The notes below the pieces were generated by a model. That model ran no database searches. It saw only the letters and a list, made by a program, of their open reading frames with translations, and was not told the origin of the DNA. The position numbers and the translations under genes are program-made. This document shows positions 36,349-46,317 of a DNA stretch of 64,000 nucleotides, one piece after another (position 1 is the first letter of the stretch; each line of letters opens with the position of its first letter). The DNA is from Spirochaetia bacterium (GTDB taxonomy: Bacteria > Spirochaetota > Spirochaetia > WTKD01 > G963693115): the NCBI GenBank assembly GCA_965226055.1, contig CBDDCA010000002.1, forward strand, positions 1 through 64,000, in the 5' to 3' direction.

Positions 36349-37806
36349 ATGTTTGATAAAAATAAAATAAGAAATTTTGTTAATGGTTCTTTTATTGATG
36401 CTAGTGCATCGGATGTACATGCACTATACAGCCCTGTAGATGGGTCAATAATAGCGAAAGGTCATTATTCTTCTTCAAAAGATATTGATGATGCTGTTAC
36501 CGTTGCGTCAGATGCACAAAAAAGATGGGCATTATTAACACATAAAAAACGTGCTGAAGTAATGTATAACTATCTCTTTCTTTTAAAAAAACATAGGGAA
36601 GAGTTAGCCGAAATATGTCATATTGAAAATGGAAAAACTATGGGAGAGGCACTTGCTGGTGCCGATAAAGCTATTGAGTTATGTGAGTTTGCAGCATCAA
36701 TGCCACAAATAGTATCTGGTGAAGTACAACAAGTGAGTAAAGGGGTGGTATGTGCTACTCATAGAGTACCGATTGGGGTTGTTGCTTCGATAACTCCATT
36801 TAATTTTCCTATTATGGTACCCCATTGGACAGTGCCAAATGCCCTTGTACTTGGCAATGCTGTTATTCTAAAGCCTTCGGAGCTTACTCCTTTGTCTGCA
36901 CTAAAGAGTGCTGAATTATGGAAAGAAGCAGGGCTTCCTGATGGATTACTCAATGTTATGGTAGGAGCAAAAGAAACAGTCGAGGCTATTTGTGATCATC
37001 CGAAAATTGATGGTGTAACATTTGTAGGATCAACTCCTATAGCAAAAATTGTGTATCAGCGTTCTTCTCAATCATTAAAGCGAGTCATAAGCTGTGGTGG
37101 TGCAAAGAACTATATTTTACTCAGTGAGCATGCACATCCACAGTCGGTACAAGACATTGTAGCAGCATTTTCTGGTATGTGTGGTCAACGTTGTATGGCA
37201 GCATCGGTACTTGTTACTATTGGTACACTTGATACGCAGTTGTCTGCTATTGTTTCTGCAGCAGAGAAACTTATTCCAGGAAGAGATACTGGTGCTATGA
37301 TAAGTAAACAATCTATAGAGAAGGTGTCAGCGTATCTTGATGAAGCACAAAGTCTTGGAGCAAAAATACTATTGGATGGAAGAAAGATAAAAAGTGAAGG
37401 GCATGAGCATGGATATTATATTGGTCCTTCTATTATTGATTGGCGAGGAAATGAAGATAAAATGCCTCTTGAAGAAATTTTTGGTCCTACTTTAGAAATA
37501 CTAGAAGCAGATTCACTGGAATCAGCATGTGCAATACAGCGAAAAACACCGTATGGAAATGCAGTTTCAATATTTACGCAAAATGGAAGAGAAGCAGTAG
37601 AAACAGTACAGCAGTGTAGTGCAGGAATGGTAGGGGTAAATATTGGCATCCCTGTCCCACGAGAACCCTTTTCTTTTGGTGGTATCAATGATTCTCGTTT
37701 TGGGCAAGGCGGTATTACAGGAAAGCCTATTGTAGATTTTCTGAGTGATATAATAAAAGTAACTACTAAATGGAATCCTGAAGATAAAAAAGATTGGATG
37801 AGTTAG
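36349..37806 (+). CDS. iolA: CoA-acylating (methyl)malonate-semialdehyde dehydrogenase
   Basis: ITPFNFP, KPSE, FVGSTPIA, GGAKN, GQRCMA, EEIFGP, GVNIGIPVP. Confidence 0.9.
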   Translation: MFDKNKIRNFVNGSFIDASASDVHALYSPVDGSIIAKGHYSSSKDIDDAVTVASDAQKRWALLTHKKRAEVMYNYLFLLKKHREELAEICHIENGKTMGEALAGADKAIELCEFAASMPQIVSGEVQQVSKGVVCATHRVPIGVVASITPFNFPIMVPHWTVPNALVLGNAVILKPSELTPLSALKSAELWKEAGLPDGLLNVMVGAKETVEAICDHPKIDGVTFVGSTPIAKIVYQRSSQSLKRVISCGGAKNYILLSEHAHPQSVQDIVAAFSGMCGQRCMAASVLVTIGTLDTQLSAIVSAAEKLIPGRDTGAMISKQSIEKVSAYLDEAQSLGAKILLDGRKIKSEGHEHGYYIGPSIIDWRGNEDKMPLEEIFGPTLEILEADSLESACAIQRKTPYGNAVSIFTQNGREAVETVQQCSAGMVGVNIGIPVPREPFSFGGINDSRFGQGGITGKPIVDFLSDIIKVTTKWNPEDKKDWMS

Positions 37807-37840
37807 AAATAAATCTATTAAAAACAATAAAGGAGAGCGT

Positions 37841-38911
37841 ATGGCATCTACATATGAACCATTAACACAAATGGTAAAAAATTTTCCGACACAGTTTTGG
37901 AATGATTCTTGTTCTTTATCTGAACTTAAGTATGCTATAGCAAGAGGAGCTACTGGAGCAACGACTAATCCAGTGATAGTAAAGACTGTGCTTGATACTG
38001 AATTTGCTAGTTACAAAAGTGAGCTTACAAAAGCTATAAGGAATAATGCTTCTGCTACAGAGGATGATATTACATGGCATATGATTGAGTATGCTGCAAA
38101 ATTGGGAGCAAAGCAATTTGAGAAAATATTTGATCCTCAAAAAGGAGTAGGACGTCTTTCTATACAAACTAATACAAAGTATTATAGAAATGCTCAAAAA
38201 TTAGTAGAACAGGCACTTCATTTTCATACTCTTGCTCCAAATATGCAAGTAAAATTGCCTGCTACAAACGCTGGTATAGAAGCTATTGAGGAAGTAACTT
38301 ACAGAGGAGTAAGTATAAATGCTACTGTATCTTTTACTGTTTCACAGGCTGTTGCTGTTGCTGAGGCAGTGGAACGAGCTTTTGCACGGAGAGTACAGGA
38401 ACAAAAGAGTAATAGTGAAATACATCCAGTATGTACATTGATGGTGGGAAGATTGGACGATTGGCTGAAAATAGTAGTTGCAAAGAAAAATCTTACTGTA
38501 GATCCAGAAGCTCTTGAATGGTGTGGGGTAGCAGCTATGAAGCAGGCATATAAGTATTATCAAGAAAAAGGGTATGCAACAAAATTATTATCTGCAGCAT
38601 ATAGGAATCATCACCATTGGTCACAATTTATTGGTGGAGATGTAATTCAGACTATTCCTTGTGGATGGCAAAAGCGTTTTAATGCAAGCAAAGTGCAAGT
38701 AACATCAAGAATGGATGATGAAGTACCACATGCCTATCTTAAGCAGTTATCTGCAATTTCCGAATTTAAGAAAGCGTATACTGTAGGTGGTATAAAGAAT
38801 CATAATTTTGATAGCTATGGGGCAACAGTGCGAACTCTTGTACAGTTTGCAAATGGATATGATGATTTAGTAAAGATAATTCGGTCTCATATGTTACAAA
38901 TGCCTTTTTAG
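37841..38911 (+). CDS. Transaldolase-family (class I aldolase) protein with atypical active site
   Basis: WNDS, GATTNP, VKLP Schiff-base Lys, INAT, VGR. Confidence 0.88.
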   Translation: MASTYEPLTQMVKNFPTQFWNDSCSLSELKYAIARGATGATTNPVIVKTVLDTEFASYKSELTKAIRNNASATEDDITWHMIEYAAKLGAKQFEKIFDPQKGVGRLSIQTNTKYYRNAQKLVEQALHFHTLAPNMQVKLPATNAGIEAIEEVTYRGVSINATVSFTVSQAVAVAEAVERAFARRVQEQKSNSEIHPVCTLMVGRLDDWLKIVVAKKNLTVDPEALEWCGVAAMKQAYKYYQEKGYATKLLSAAYRNHHHWSQFIGGDVIQTIPCGWQKRFNASKVQVTSRMDDEVPHAYLKQLSAISEFKKAYTVGGIKNHNFDSYGATVRTLVQFANGYDDLVKIIRSHMLQMPF

Positions 38912-38936
38912 TGATAGTATAGAGTATAGTTATAGT

Positions 38937-39836
38937 ATGTTTTCTGCGAAAGAAGTAAAAATAGGGGTTGCTCCTATAAATTGGTCAAATGATGATCTCC
39001 CTGAACTTGGTGGGCATATTTCCTTTGAGACATGTATTAAAGAAATGCAAGAAGCTAGATTTGAAGGCTGTGAAGTAGGGAATAAATTTCCACGTGACCC
39101 CTATATATTAAAAGATATGCTCGCTGAAAGAAATCTTCAAGTGTGTAATCAATGGTTTAGTTTTACTTTGAGTACAGAACCACTTTCTATAGTGAAAGAA
39201 CGGTTTATTGCACTATTAGAATTTTTACGTGTATTTGATGTTACTGTAGTAGGAGGAGGAGAGGTTGGCACAAGTATACAAGGGAAACCTCTTCCTTTAT
39301 TTGAAGCGAAGCCAAATAATTCTTTAGAGCAATGGCGAAATATTAGTGTAGGATTGGAAGAGTTAGGAAAAATTTCAAAAGAGGAATATGGTATATCGCT
39401 GTGTTTTCATCCTCATCTTGGTACTTGTATACAGACTATGGAAGAGACAGAGCTTTTACTGGATAGTACAGATCCAGATACTGTGTTTATCAATTATGAT
39501 TGTGGACATATATATGCGAGCGGTGATGATCCTCTTGCTTGTTTGCAGAAAATAGGGAATCGTGTGCGTCATGTGCACTTGAAAGATGTGAGAAAAAATA
39601 TTCTTGATAAAGTAAAAGACGAGCATTTATCGTTTCTTGATGGAGTAAAGAGAGGATTGTTTACTATTCCTTCTGATGGTGATATACAATGTATTCCTCA
39701 AATTATACAAGAGTTAGCGAAATTACGCTATAAAGGGTGGCTAGTGATAGAAGCAGAGCAGGATCCTTCACTGGCTCCTCCTTTAGAGTTTGCAAAGCGT
39801 AGTCGAGAGTTTATTTATCAACACACTGGATTATAA
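38937..39836 (+). CDS. iolE: Myo-inosose-2 dehydratase
   Basis: APINWSNDDLPELG, GCEVGNKFP, HVHLKDVR, IEAEQDP. Confidence 0.94.
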   Translation: MFSAKEVKIGVAPINWSNDDLPELGGHISFETCIKEMQEARFEGCEVGNKFPRDPYILKDMLAERNLQVCNQWFSFTLSTEPLSIVKERFIALLEFLRVFDVTVVGGGEVGTSIQGKPLPLFEAKPNNSLEQWRNISVGLEELGKISKEEYGISLCFHPHLGTCIQTMEETELLLDSTDPDTVFINYDCGHIYASGDDPLACLQKIGNRVRHVHLKDVRKNILDKVKDEHLSFLDGVKRGLFTIPSDGDIQCIPQIIQELAKLRYKGWLVIEAEQDPSLAPPLEFAKRSREFIYQHTGL

Positions 39837-39899
39837 TTTATTTATCATTATTCTTTTTTCTTACTTTATCAAAATGTATGGCTCTATGTACTGGTAGCG

Positions 39900-40622
39900 G
39901 TGAGTGCAGTAATTTCAGGTATGTCTAAAAGTGGGTTTCAAGGCATCAATCTTATTCCTTCTTTGGTACTTATGTACTTTTTTGGGGTAAAAGAGACTAT
40001 TGCTTTTTCTTTGTTATTTTTTATTATTGGTGATATATATGCAGCATTTCATTATCGGAAATCTGTAGATGTCTCCATTTTTGTTGTATTTATTCCATGG
40101 GCTATAGTTGGGGTAGCAATATCTGGTATATTTGGCATGTTTGTATCAGAGAAAGTACTTACTCTTGTAATTGTAGCTATTATCATATACTTGCTTATTG
40201 TCACTATTTTACAAGAATCTCGACAGAAAGAAGGTATAGTGTATGCAGAATCTTCTTCTCCGTTTGTGTTGTTGTTCTATGGTGTGTTTGCTGGGGTTGC
40301 TTCTACATTGGCTAATTTTGGAGGCACAGTTATTGCTATATATCTGCTTAAAAGAAAGCTCTTAAAACGGTATATTATTGGTACAGGAGCTTTTGTATTT
40401 CTTAGCATGAATATACTAAAAACAGGGGTATTCTATTTTATGTGGGAGGCATATACTTTAGAAACAGTATTATTGGCTATAGGGTTTTGGCCTTGGTGCA
40501 TTGTAGGGGCAGTATTAGGAAGAAAAATATCAGATAAAATTCCAGAGAAATTGTATCGTTGGGTGCTGATTACATTAATTTCTTTCTCTTGTTTGATACT
40601 GCTCTTAAAAGAATATATGTAA
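39900..40622 (+). CDS. TauE/SafE family exporter (start may be further upstream, ATT 39840)
   Basis: GMSKSGFQG, GDIYAAFHYR, STLANFGG, NILK; about 8 TM helices. Confidence 0.85.
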   Translation: MSAVISGMSKSGFQGINLIPSLVLMYFFGVKETIAFSLLFFIIGDIYAAFHYRKSVDVSIFVVFIPWAIVGVAISGIFGMFVSEKVLTLVIVAIIIYLLIVTILQESRQKEGIVYAESSSPFVLLFYGVFAGVASTLANFGGTVIAIYLLKRKLLKRYIIGTGAFVFLSMNILKTGVFYFMWEAYTLETVLLAIGFWPWCIVGAVLGRKISDKIPEKLYRWVLITLISFSCLILLLKEYM

Positions 40623-40655
40623 GCAATGCTATTTGTGGTATACTTATTATAGTGA

Positions 40656-42158
40656 ATGCTAGAGCTTAGAAATATTAGTAAAACATTTCCTGGTATAAAC
40701 GCATTGAGCAATGTTACGCTTACTGTTCGTAAGGCTTCTGTACATGTAGTATGTGGAGAGAATGGTGCAGGAAAATCTACTGTTATGAAGATTCTGAGTG
40801 GAGTATATCGTCCTGATTCGGGAAATATATTTTTACATGGAAAAGAAATTTTTATCAAAACTCCTATAGATGCAGAGAAATATCGTATATCTATGATATT
40901 TCAAGAATTAAATTATATTCCAGAAATTACTATTGCTGAATTTTTATATCTAGGGCATTGGCCTACAACATTTCTTAACACTATTGATTGGAAATCAATA
41001 CAAGAGAATGCAAAACAAATTCTTAAAAATGAGCATATTCCTTTTTCTTTTGATACTAAATTAAAAGATATTTCTATCTCTACTATTCAATTACTTGAAA
41101 TAATAAAAGCTACTGTTATTGGTAATTCTGATATTATCATTATGGATGAGCCAACTTCTGCTATTACTAATAATGAGGTGGAACTTTTGTTTAAGAAGAT
41201 AGAAACTCTTACATCACAAGGAAAAAGTATTATTTATGTATCTCATAAAATGGAAGAAATTTTTCAAATTGCAGATGATATTAGTATTTTACGAGATGGG
41301 TTTCTTGTTTCAAGTGGAGACAAAGCGAGCTTTACAATGGATAGTGTTATTACCCATATGGTAGGACGAGAGATATCACGTGAATATCCTAAAAAAGAAG
41401 TGCCTCAAGGGAATATGCTTTTGGAAGTAAAGGGTATTTCAAATGAGGCATTTCACTCTGTTTCTTTTTCGTTAAGAGAAGGTGAGATTATAGGCTTTGC
41501 TGGTTTGATAGGAGCAGGCAGAACAGAAGTGGCCAGAGCTCTCTTTGGGTTGGATGCATATGCTCATGGTGCTGTGTATGTGAGAAATCAGTCTGTGAAT
41601 ATACGTAATCCTATTGATGCCATTCAACGAGGCATAGTTATGCTCTCTGAAGATAGAAGACGGTTTGGGCTTATTCCTATAAGAAGTGTAAAGGAGAATA
41701 TCACATTGTCATCTTTACAACAGTATATACATCATGGGAAACTTCATAAAAAAGCAGAAGAAAAAGATGTGAACAATTTATGTGAAAAAATGAATATCAA
41801 AACTGCATCTATTGATGTGAATGTTGATGTGCTCAGTGGAGGTAATCAACAAAAAGTAGTGTTTGCAAAGTGGTTGCTACAAAATCCTAGTATTTTTATC
41901 ATGGATGAGCCTACAAGAGGGATAGATGTTGGTGCAAAATATGAAATGTACACATTGATGCAAGAATTAGTACAGCAGAAGAAAGGAATACTTATGATCT
42001 CTTCGGAACTTCCAGAGTTGATGGGTATGTGTGATAGAATTTATGTACTCCATGAAGGAACTATCACTGGAGAAATACGGAGACATGATTTTAATTCTGA
42101 AACTATTATGAAATATGCTACAGGATTAGAGAGAACTGCAGTAAAGGAATATGTATGA
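40656..42158 (+). CDS. CUT2 sugar ABC transporter ATP-binding protein (RbsA/MglA-type)
   Basis: GENGAGKST, MDEPT twice, LSGGNQQK. Confidence 0.95.
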   Translation: MLELRNISKTFPGINALSNVTLTVRKASVHVVCGENGAGKSTVMKILSGVYRPDSGNIFLHGKEIFIKTPIDAEKYRISMIFQELNYIPEITIAEFLYLGHWPTTFLNTIDWKSIQENAKQILKNEHIPFSFDTKLKDISISTIQLLEIIKATVIGNSDIIIMDEPTSAITNNEVELLFKKIETLTSQGKSIIYVSHKMEEIFQIADDISILRDGFLVSSGDKASFTMDSVITHMVGREISREYPKKEVPQGNMLLEVKGISNEAFHSVSFSLREGEIIGFAGLIGAGRTEVARALFGLDAYAHGAVYVRNQSVNIRNPIDAIQRGIVMLSEDRRRFGLIPIRSVKENITLSSLQQYIHHGKLHKKAEEKDVNNLCEKMNIKTASIDVNVDVLSGGNQQKVVFAKWLLQNPSIFIMDEPTRGIDVGAKYEMYTLMQELVQQKKGILMISSELPELMGMCDRIYVLHEGTITGEIRRHDFNSETIMKYATGLERTAVKEYV

Positions 42159-43126
42159 AAAGATTTGTGTTATATGTTCAAAAGATAAGCAGAGAGTACA
42201 GCATCTATATTGTATTATTGATACTGTTTATACTTTGTACTTTTTTGAATGAAAATTTTCTTACAGTAGGAAACTTAACTAATATTTCTCGTCAAATATC
42301 AGTGACAACAATATTGGCATTTGGAGCTACTATTTTGATTATTGGTGGGATGCTTGATTTATCCTGTGGTTCTGTTCTTGCATTGTCAGGAACTATCTCG
42401 GTATATGTGTATACACAAGGAGGAACACTGCTATCAGCGGTATTTGTTGGGATATTGGTAGGGGTGCTGTGTAATTTTGTGAATGGTATCTTAGTACAGG
42501 TATTTCATGCTCCGCCTTTTATTGCAACACTTGCTATGCTCACTATGGCAAGAGGAGCTGCCTTACTCTTTACAAAAGGGAGAGATATATATCAAATTGG
42601 CAATTATACGGTATTAGGACAAGGAAGTATTGGAATTATTCCTATTCCTGTAATAGTCATGCTAGCTATTATGGGGCTAACATGGTATATGTTATCTCAT
42701 ACACGGTTTGGGAGATCTCTGTATGCAATAGGAGGAAACGAAGATGCAGCCAGAGTATCAGGTATCAATACAGGCAAAATTAAGATAATGGCATATCTTA
42801 TAAATGGAGTTTTTGTTGCTATAGCTGGTATGTTATTTATGGCAAGAATAAATGTAGGAAGCCCTAATGGTGGTGTTGGCTATGAGTTTGAAGCATTGAC
42901 TGCCGCTATTATTGGAGGAACAAGTTTTTCGGGAGGTATTGGGTCTGCTTCTGGAACACTTGCAGGAGCATTTATAGTTGGATTCTTAAACAATATTATG
43001 AATTTATTAGGGATTGATTCATATTTACAGCAAACGATAAAAGGAGCAATTATCGCATTAGCGGTGATATATGATATATATGCAAAAAATAAAAGAGTAT
43101 CTAAAAAATTAGGAAAACAGGTATGA
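42155..43126 (+). CDS. CUT2 sugar ABC transporter permease (RbsC-type)
   Basis: LDLSCGS, PPFIATL, TRFGRSLYAIGGNEDAARVSGI, IIGGTSFSGG. Confidence 0.95.
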   Translation: MKRFVLYVQKISREYSIYIVLLILFILCTFLNENFLTVGNLTNISRQISVTTILAFGATILIIGGMLDLSCGSVLALSGTISVYVYTQGGTLLSAVFVGILVGVLCNFVNGILVQVFHAPPFIATLAMLTMARGAALLFTKGRDIYQIGNYTVLGQGSIGIIPIPVIVMLAIMGLTWYMLSHTRFGRSLYAIGGNEDAARVSGINTGKIKIMAYLINGVFVAIAGMLFMARINVGSPNGGVGYEFEALTAAIIGGTSFSGGIGSASGTLAGAFIVGFLNNIMNLLGIDSYLQQTIKGAIIALAVIYDIYAKNKRVSKKLGKQV

Positions 43127-43206
43127 TATAGTAATATTACGTAAAGTAAATTAAGAATGTAATATACTATACTATATATAGTATTTTCATGTATAAGGAG
43201 GTTTAT

Positions 43207-44229
43207 ATGAAAAATATAGTTTCTATGATAGTGATAGTAGCAGCCTTGTTGATAGTTGCTATTAGTTCTGTATCTTGTGTTCGTAATGATGTAAAACAGA
43301 AAGAGGAAACACAAGAATCATCTGATCAATCTGTTAAGAGTGATGCTATGCAAAAAACATATCGTGTAGCTTTTATTGCAAGAGCACAACAAGATTCGTT
43401 TGCCGCGTGGTTGGTTAATTCACTGGAGCGTGTTGCTAAACAAGAATATCCTGATATAAAACTTGATATTTTTGATAGTCAAGCTGATGATGCAAAAGAG
43501 AATGCGTTTATTGAAAATGCTCTTACCAATAAGTATGATTTGATTATAGTACAGCCAAATAATACTGAAGCTCAGCGTCCCTATATTGAAAAAATTGTCG
43601 CTGCTAATATTCCTGTAATCACGACTAACCCTAGAATTGATGTTGCTGGAGCAAATACGGTGGATGCTGATCCGTATGAACAAGCTGCTATCAATGCAAG
43701 AGTGGCGTTGCAGCAGATTCCTCAAAATGCCAATGTGGTCATTCTTAATGGCCCTCCAGGAAATACACATGCTATTAAAAGAAGGGAAGCGTGGCAAAGA
43801 GAGTTTTTAGACAAAAGAAATGATGTAACAATAGTAGGGGAACAAATTGCAAATTGGAATAAAGATGAGGCTATACGATATATGGAAGATTGGGTGCAAG
43901 TAAATCCTAAAATTGACGCTGTCATTTCTATGAATGATAATATGGCAGCGGGTGCTATTGAAGTGATAAAGGACAATAAAGCGTATGAGAATATATTAGT
44001 GTATGGAGTTGATGGAACAGTTGAGGCTGCATTGCTTATACAAGAGGGAAAGTTTACTTCTACATCTTTACAAAATGCGTATACATTAGCAGAAGTAAAT
44101 CTTCAGGCGGCTCATGATTTATTGACAGGAAAAGTTGAAAGATTAGATATAGATATAAAATGTCCACTATACGATAGTAGTAATGTTGATGAACTTATTC
44201 AGATACATAAAGAAGCAGGAGCTTTATAA
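43207..44229 (+). CDS. Sugar ABC transporter substrate-binding lipoprotein (RbsB fold)
   Basis: Lipobox SVSC, periplasmic binding protein type I pattern (NDNMAAGA, YGVDG). Confidence 0.92.
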   Translation: MKNIVSMIVIVAALLIVAISSVSCVRNDVKQKEETQESSDQSVKSDAMQKTYRVAFIARAQQDSFAAWLVNSLERVAKQEYPDIKLDIFDSQADDAKENAFIENALTNKYDLIIVQPNNTEAQRPYIEKIVAANIPVITTNPRIDVAGANTVDADPYEQAAINARVALQQIPQNANVVILNGPPGNTHAIKRREAWQREFLDKRNDVTIVGEQIANWNKDEAIRYMEDWVQVNPKIDAVISMNDNMAAGAIEVIKDNKAYENILVYGVDGTVEAALLIQEGKFTSTSLQNAYTLAEVNLQAAHDLLTGKVERLDIDIKCPLYDSSNVDELIQIHKEAGAL

Positions 44230-44258
44230 TATCATATTTTAATTGCTAGGAGGAGTAT

Positions 44259-45284
44259 ATGCAATCATTAGTATTAGAAAAACAACATTCATTATCATTG
44301 AGAGATTTTGAAGTACAGGAAGTGCTTGGAGCTACTGATGTAAGAATTCAGATAAAGGCCTGTGGTATATGCGGGAGCGATGTACATTATTTCAAAGAGG
44401 GAAGAATTGGTGATTTTATAGTACGAGAACCAATGATACTTGGACATGAGGCTTCAGGAGTGGTAATTGAAGTAGGGGAGCAGGTGCGTTCTGTAAAGGT
44501 AGGAGAGAGAGTATGTATGGAGCCAGGTATACCCAATTATATGTCAACAGAGTCTTTGGAAGGAAACTATAATCTTGATGATGATGTACGTTTTTGGGCA
44601 ACTCCTCCTGTACATGGAGTGATGAGGGAGAGCGTGGTGCATCCAGAAGCATTGACATTTAAGCTGCCCGATAATGTCAGCTTTCATGAAGGAGCAATGA
44701 TTGAGCCACTTGCAGTAGGAGTTGAAGCAGCAAAAAGAGCTCATGTGTGTCCTGGCGATATAGCACTTGTCACTGGAGCTGGCCCTATTGGAATTTTAGT
44801 GGCACTGAGTGCACTTGCAAGTGGCTGTAGTAAAGTAGTCATTTCTGATCTATCTGATATAAAACTGAACATTGCATCTCAGTTTGAAGGAATAGTAATA
44901 TCAACCCCTACTGATCTTAGTGAGACAGTAAAGAGAGAAACAGAAGGAAAAGGAGTGGATATATTATTTGAGGCAAGTGGAAGTACAGTATTGTTTCCTG
45001 ATATATTTAGGTTGTGTAAAAAAGCATCTCGTGCAATTCTTGTGGGAATGTCAAGTTCTCCAGTATTACTTGATGTTCCGCTTATACAAACAAGAGGGAT
45101 AAAAATTGATACTGTGTTTCGATATGTAAATTGTTTTAAGCGTGCGTTACAATTAGTTTCATCAAAAAAAGTACAAATAACAAGTCTTATCAGTAAAACA
45201 TTTTCTTTTGCAGACTCAGTTGAAGCATATCATTTTGCAGCAGAAGGGAGAGAAGATATAGTGAAAGTGATGATAGATTTTTAA
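44259..45284 (+). CDS. Zn-dependent polyol dehydrogenase (xylitol/sorbitol dehydrogenase-like)
   Basis: [31 protein letters not shown]; structural-zinc cysteines absent. Confidence 0.9.
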   Translation: MQSLVLEKQHSLSLRDFEVQEVLGATDVRIQIKACGICGSDVHYFKEGRIGDFIVREPMILGHEASGVVIEVGEQVRSVKVGERVCMEPGIPNYMSTESLEGNYNLDDDVRFWATPPVHGVMRESVVHPEALTFKLPDNVSFHEGAMIEPLAVGVEAAKRAHVCPGDIALVTGAGPIGILVALSALASGCSKVVISDLSDIKLNIASQFEGIVISTPTDLSETVKRETEGKGVDILFEASGSTVLFPDIFRLCKKASRAILVGMSSSPVLLDVPLIQTRGIKIDTVFRYVNCFKRALQLVSSKKVQITSLISKTFSFADSVEAYHFAAEGREDIVKVMIDF

Positions 45285-45304
45285 GAAGCAATAAAAGGAA
45301 CGAT

Positions 45305-46300
45305 ATGAAAAAAATTGCTCTCATAGGTGCTGGTTTTATTGGAAATATTCATGCTCAAAGTCTTGTTTGTCATCCAGAGGTGGATTTTAAGTATATATTT
45401 GATGTTGATTCTGATCGAGCAAAGCAATTAGCACAACAATATAACGTAAAAGCTGTTGATATTACTACGATTATGGAATCTGATGTTGATGCTGTGCTTA
45501 TAGCTTCGTCTACAAATACACATGCAGATATTTGTAAACTAGCAGTAAAATATGGCAAAGGGATATTATGTGAGAAACCTATTGACTTACAATTAAAGAA
45601 AGTACGTACTATATGTGACATAGTAGAAAGTTCTGGTGTTCCTAATATGGTAGATTTTAATCGTAGGTTTGATGCGAGTCATAGTGCGTTAAAACAAGCT
45701 CTCATGCAGAAAAAAGCAGGGAATATTGAGATTATTCAGATAACAGCCCGCGATCAATCTCCTCCTTTGTTGGAATATGTGAAAACATCTGGAGGACAGA
45801 TGCGTGATCAAACAATACATTTTTTTGATTTATTGTGTTATCTGAGTGATGATTATCCTGTTGAAATATATGTTATGGCAGATGCTTTGATAAACAAGGA
45901 AATTGGAGCTGCAGGAGACACAGATACTGCTGTTATTTCACTTCGTATGTCATCAGGGGCTTTGGCTCTTATAGATTGTAGCAGACGTTCTCCTTGTGGG
46001 TATGATGAGCGAATTGAGGTTATGGGATCTAAAGCTATGCTGGAGTCTAAACGTCAAATGCATCGGCATTTTGCACAGTATGAAGGCAATTATGTCAAAA
46101 GTGATGGGTTTTATGATAGCTGGTATGAAAGAATAAAAGATACATACTACAATGCACTGGATATGTTTGTACATGTGTTGTATGGAAAAAAGACTTCAGT
46201 ACCAATTCCTGATTTTAAGGATGGGTTACATACACAGATTATTGCAGAGTCAGCGACTAAATCGTTACGGTTGGGGCGACCTATAAAAATACAGTATTGA
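45305..46300 (+). CDS. iolG: Gfo/Idh/MocA oxidoreductase, inositol 2-dehydrogenase-like
   Basis: GAGFIG, CEKP, FNRRFD, SGG..RDQTIHFFD, GYDERIEV. Confidence 0.75.
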   Translation: MKKIALIGAGFIGNIHAQSLVCHPEVDFKYIFDVDSDRAKQLAQQYNVKAVDITTIMESDVDAVLIASSTNTHADICKLAVKYGKGILCEKPIDLQLKKVRTICDIVESSGVPNMVDFNRRFDASHSALKQALMQKKAGNIEIIQITARDQSPPLLEYVKTSGGQMRDQTIHFFDLLCYLSDDYPVEIYVMADALINKEIGAAGDTDTAVISLRMSSGALALIDCSRRSPCGYDERIEVMGSKAMLESKRQMHRHFAQYEGNYVKSDGFYDSWYERIKDTYYNALDMFVHVLYGKKTSVPIPDFKDGLHTQIIAESATKSLRLGRPIKIQY

Positions 46301-46317
46301 GCAGTACTAAGCTGTAC

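Noticed and set aside
36349-46300. Canonical sulfoquinovose transaldolase pathway
   Set aside because: No sulfoquinovosidase or SQ isomerase; the aldehyde dehydrogenase has MmsA/IolA motifs and iolE is clear
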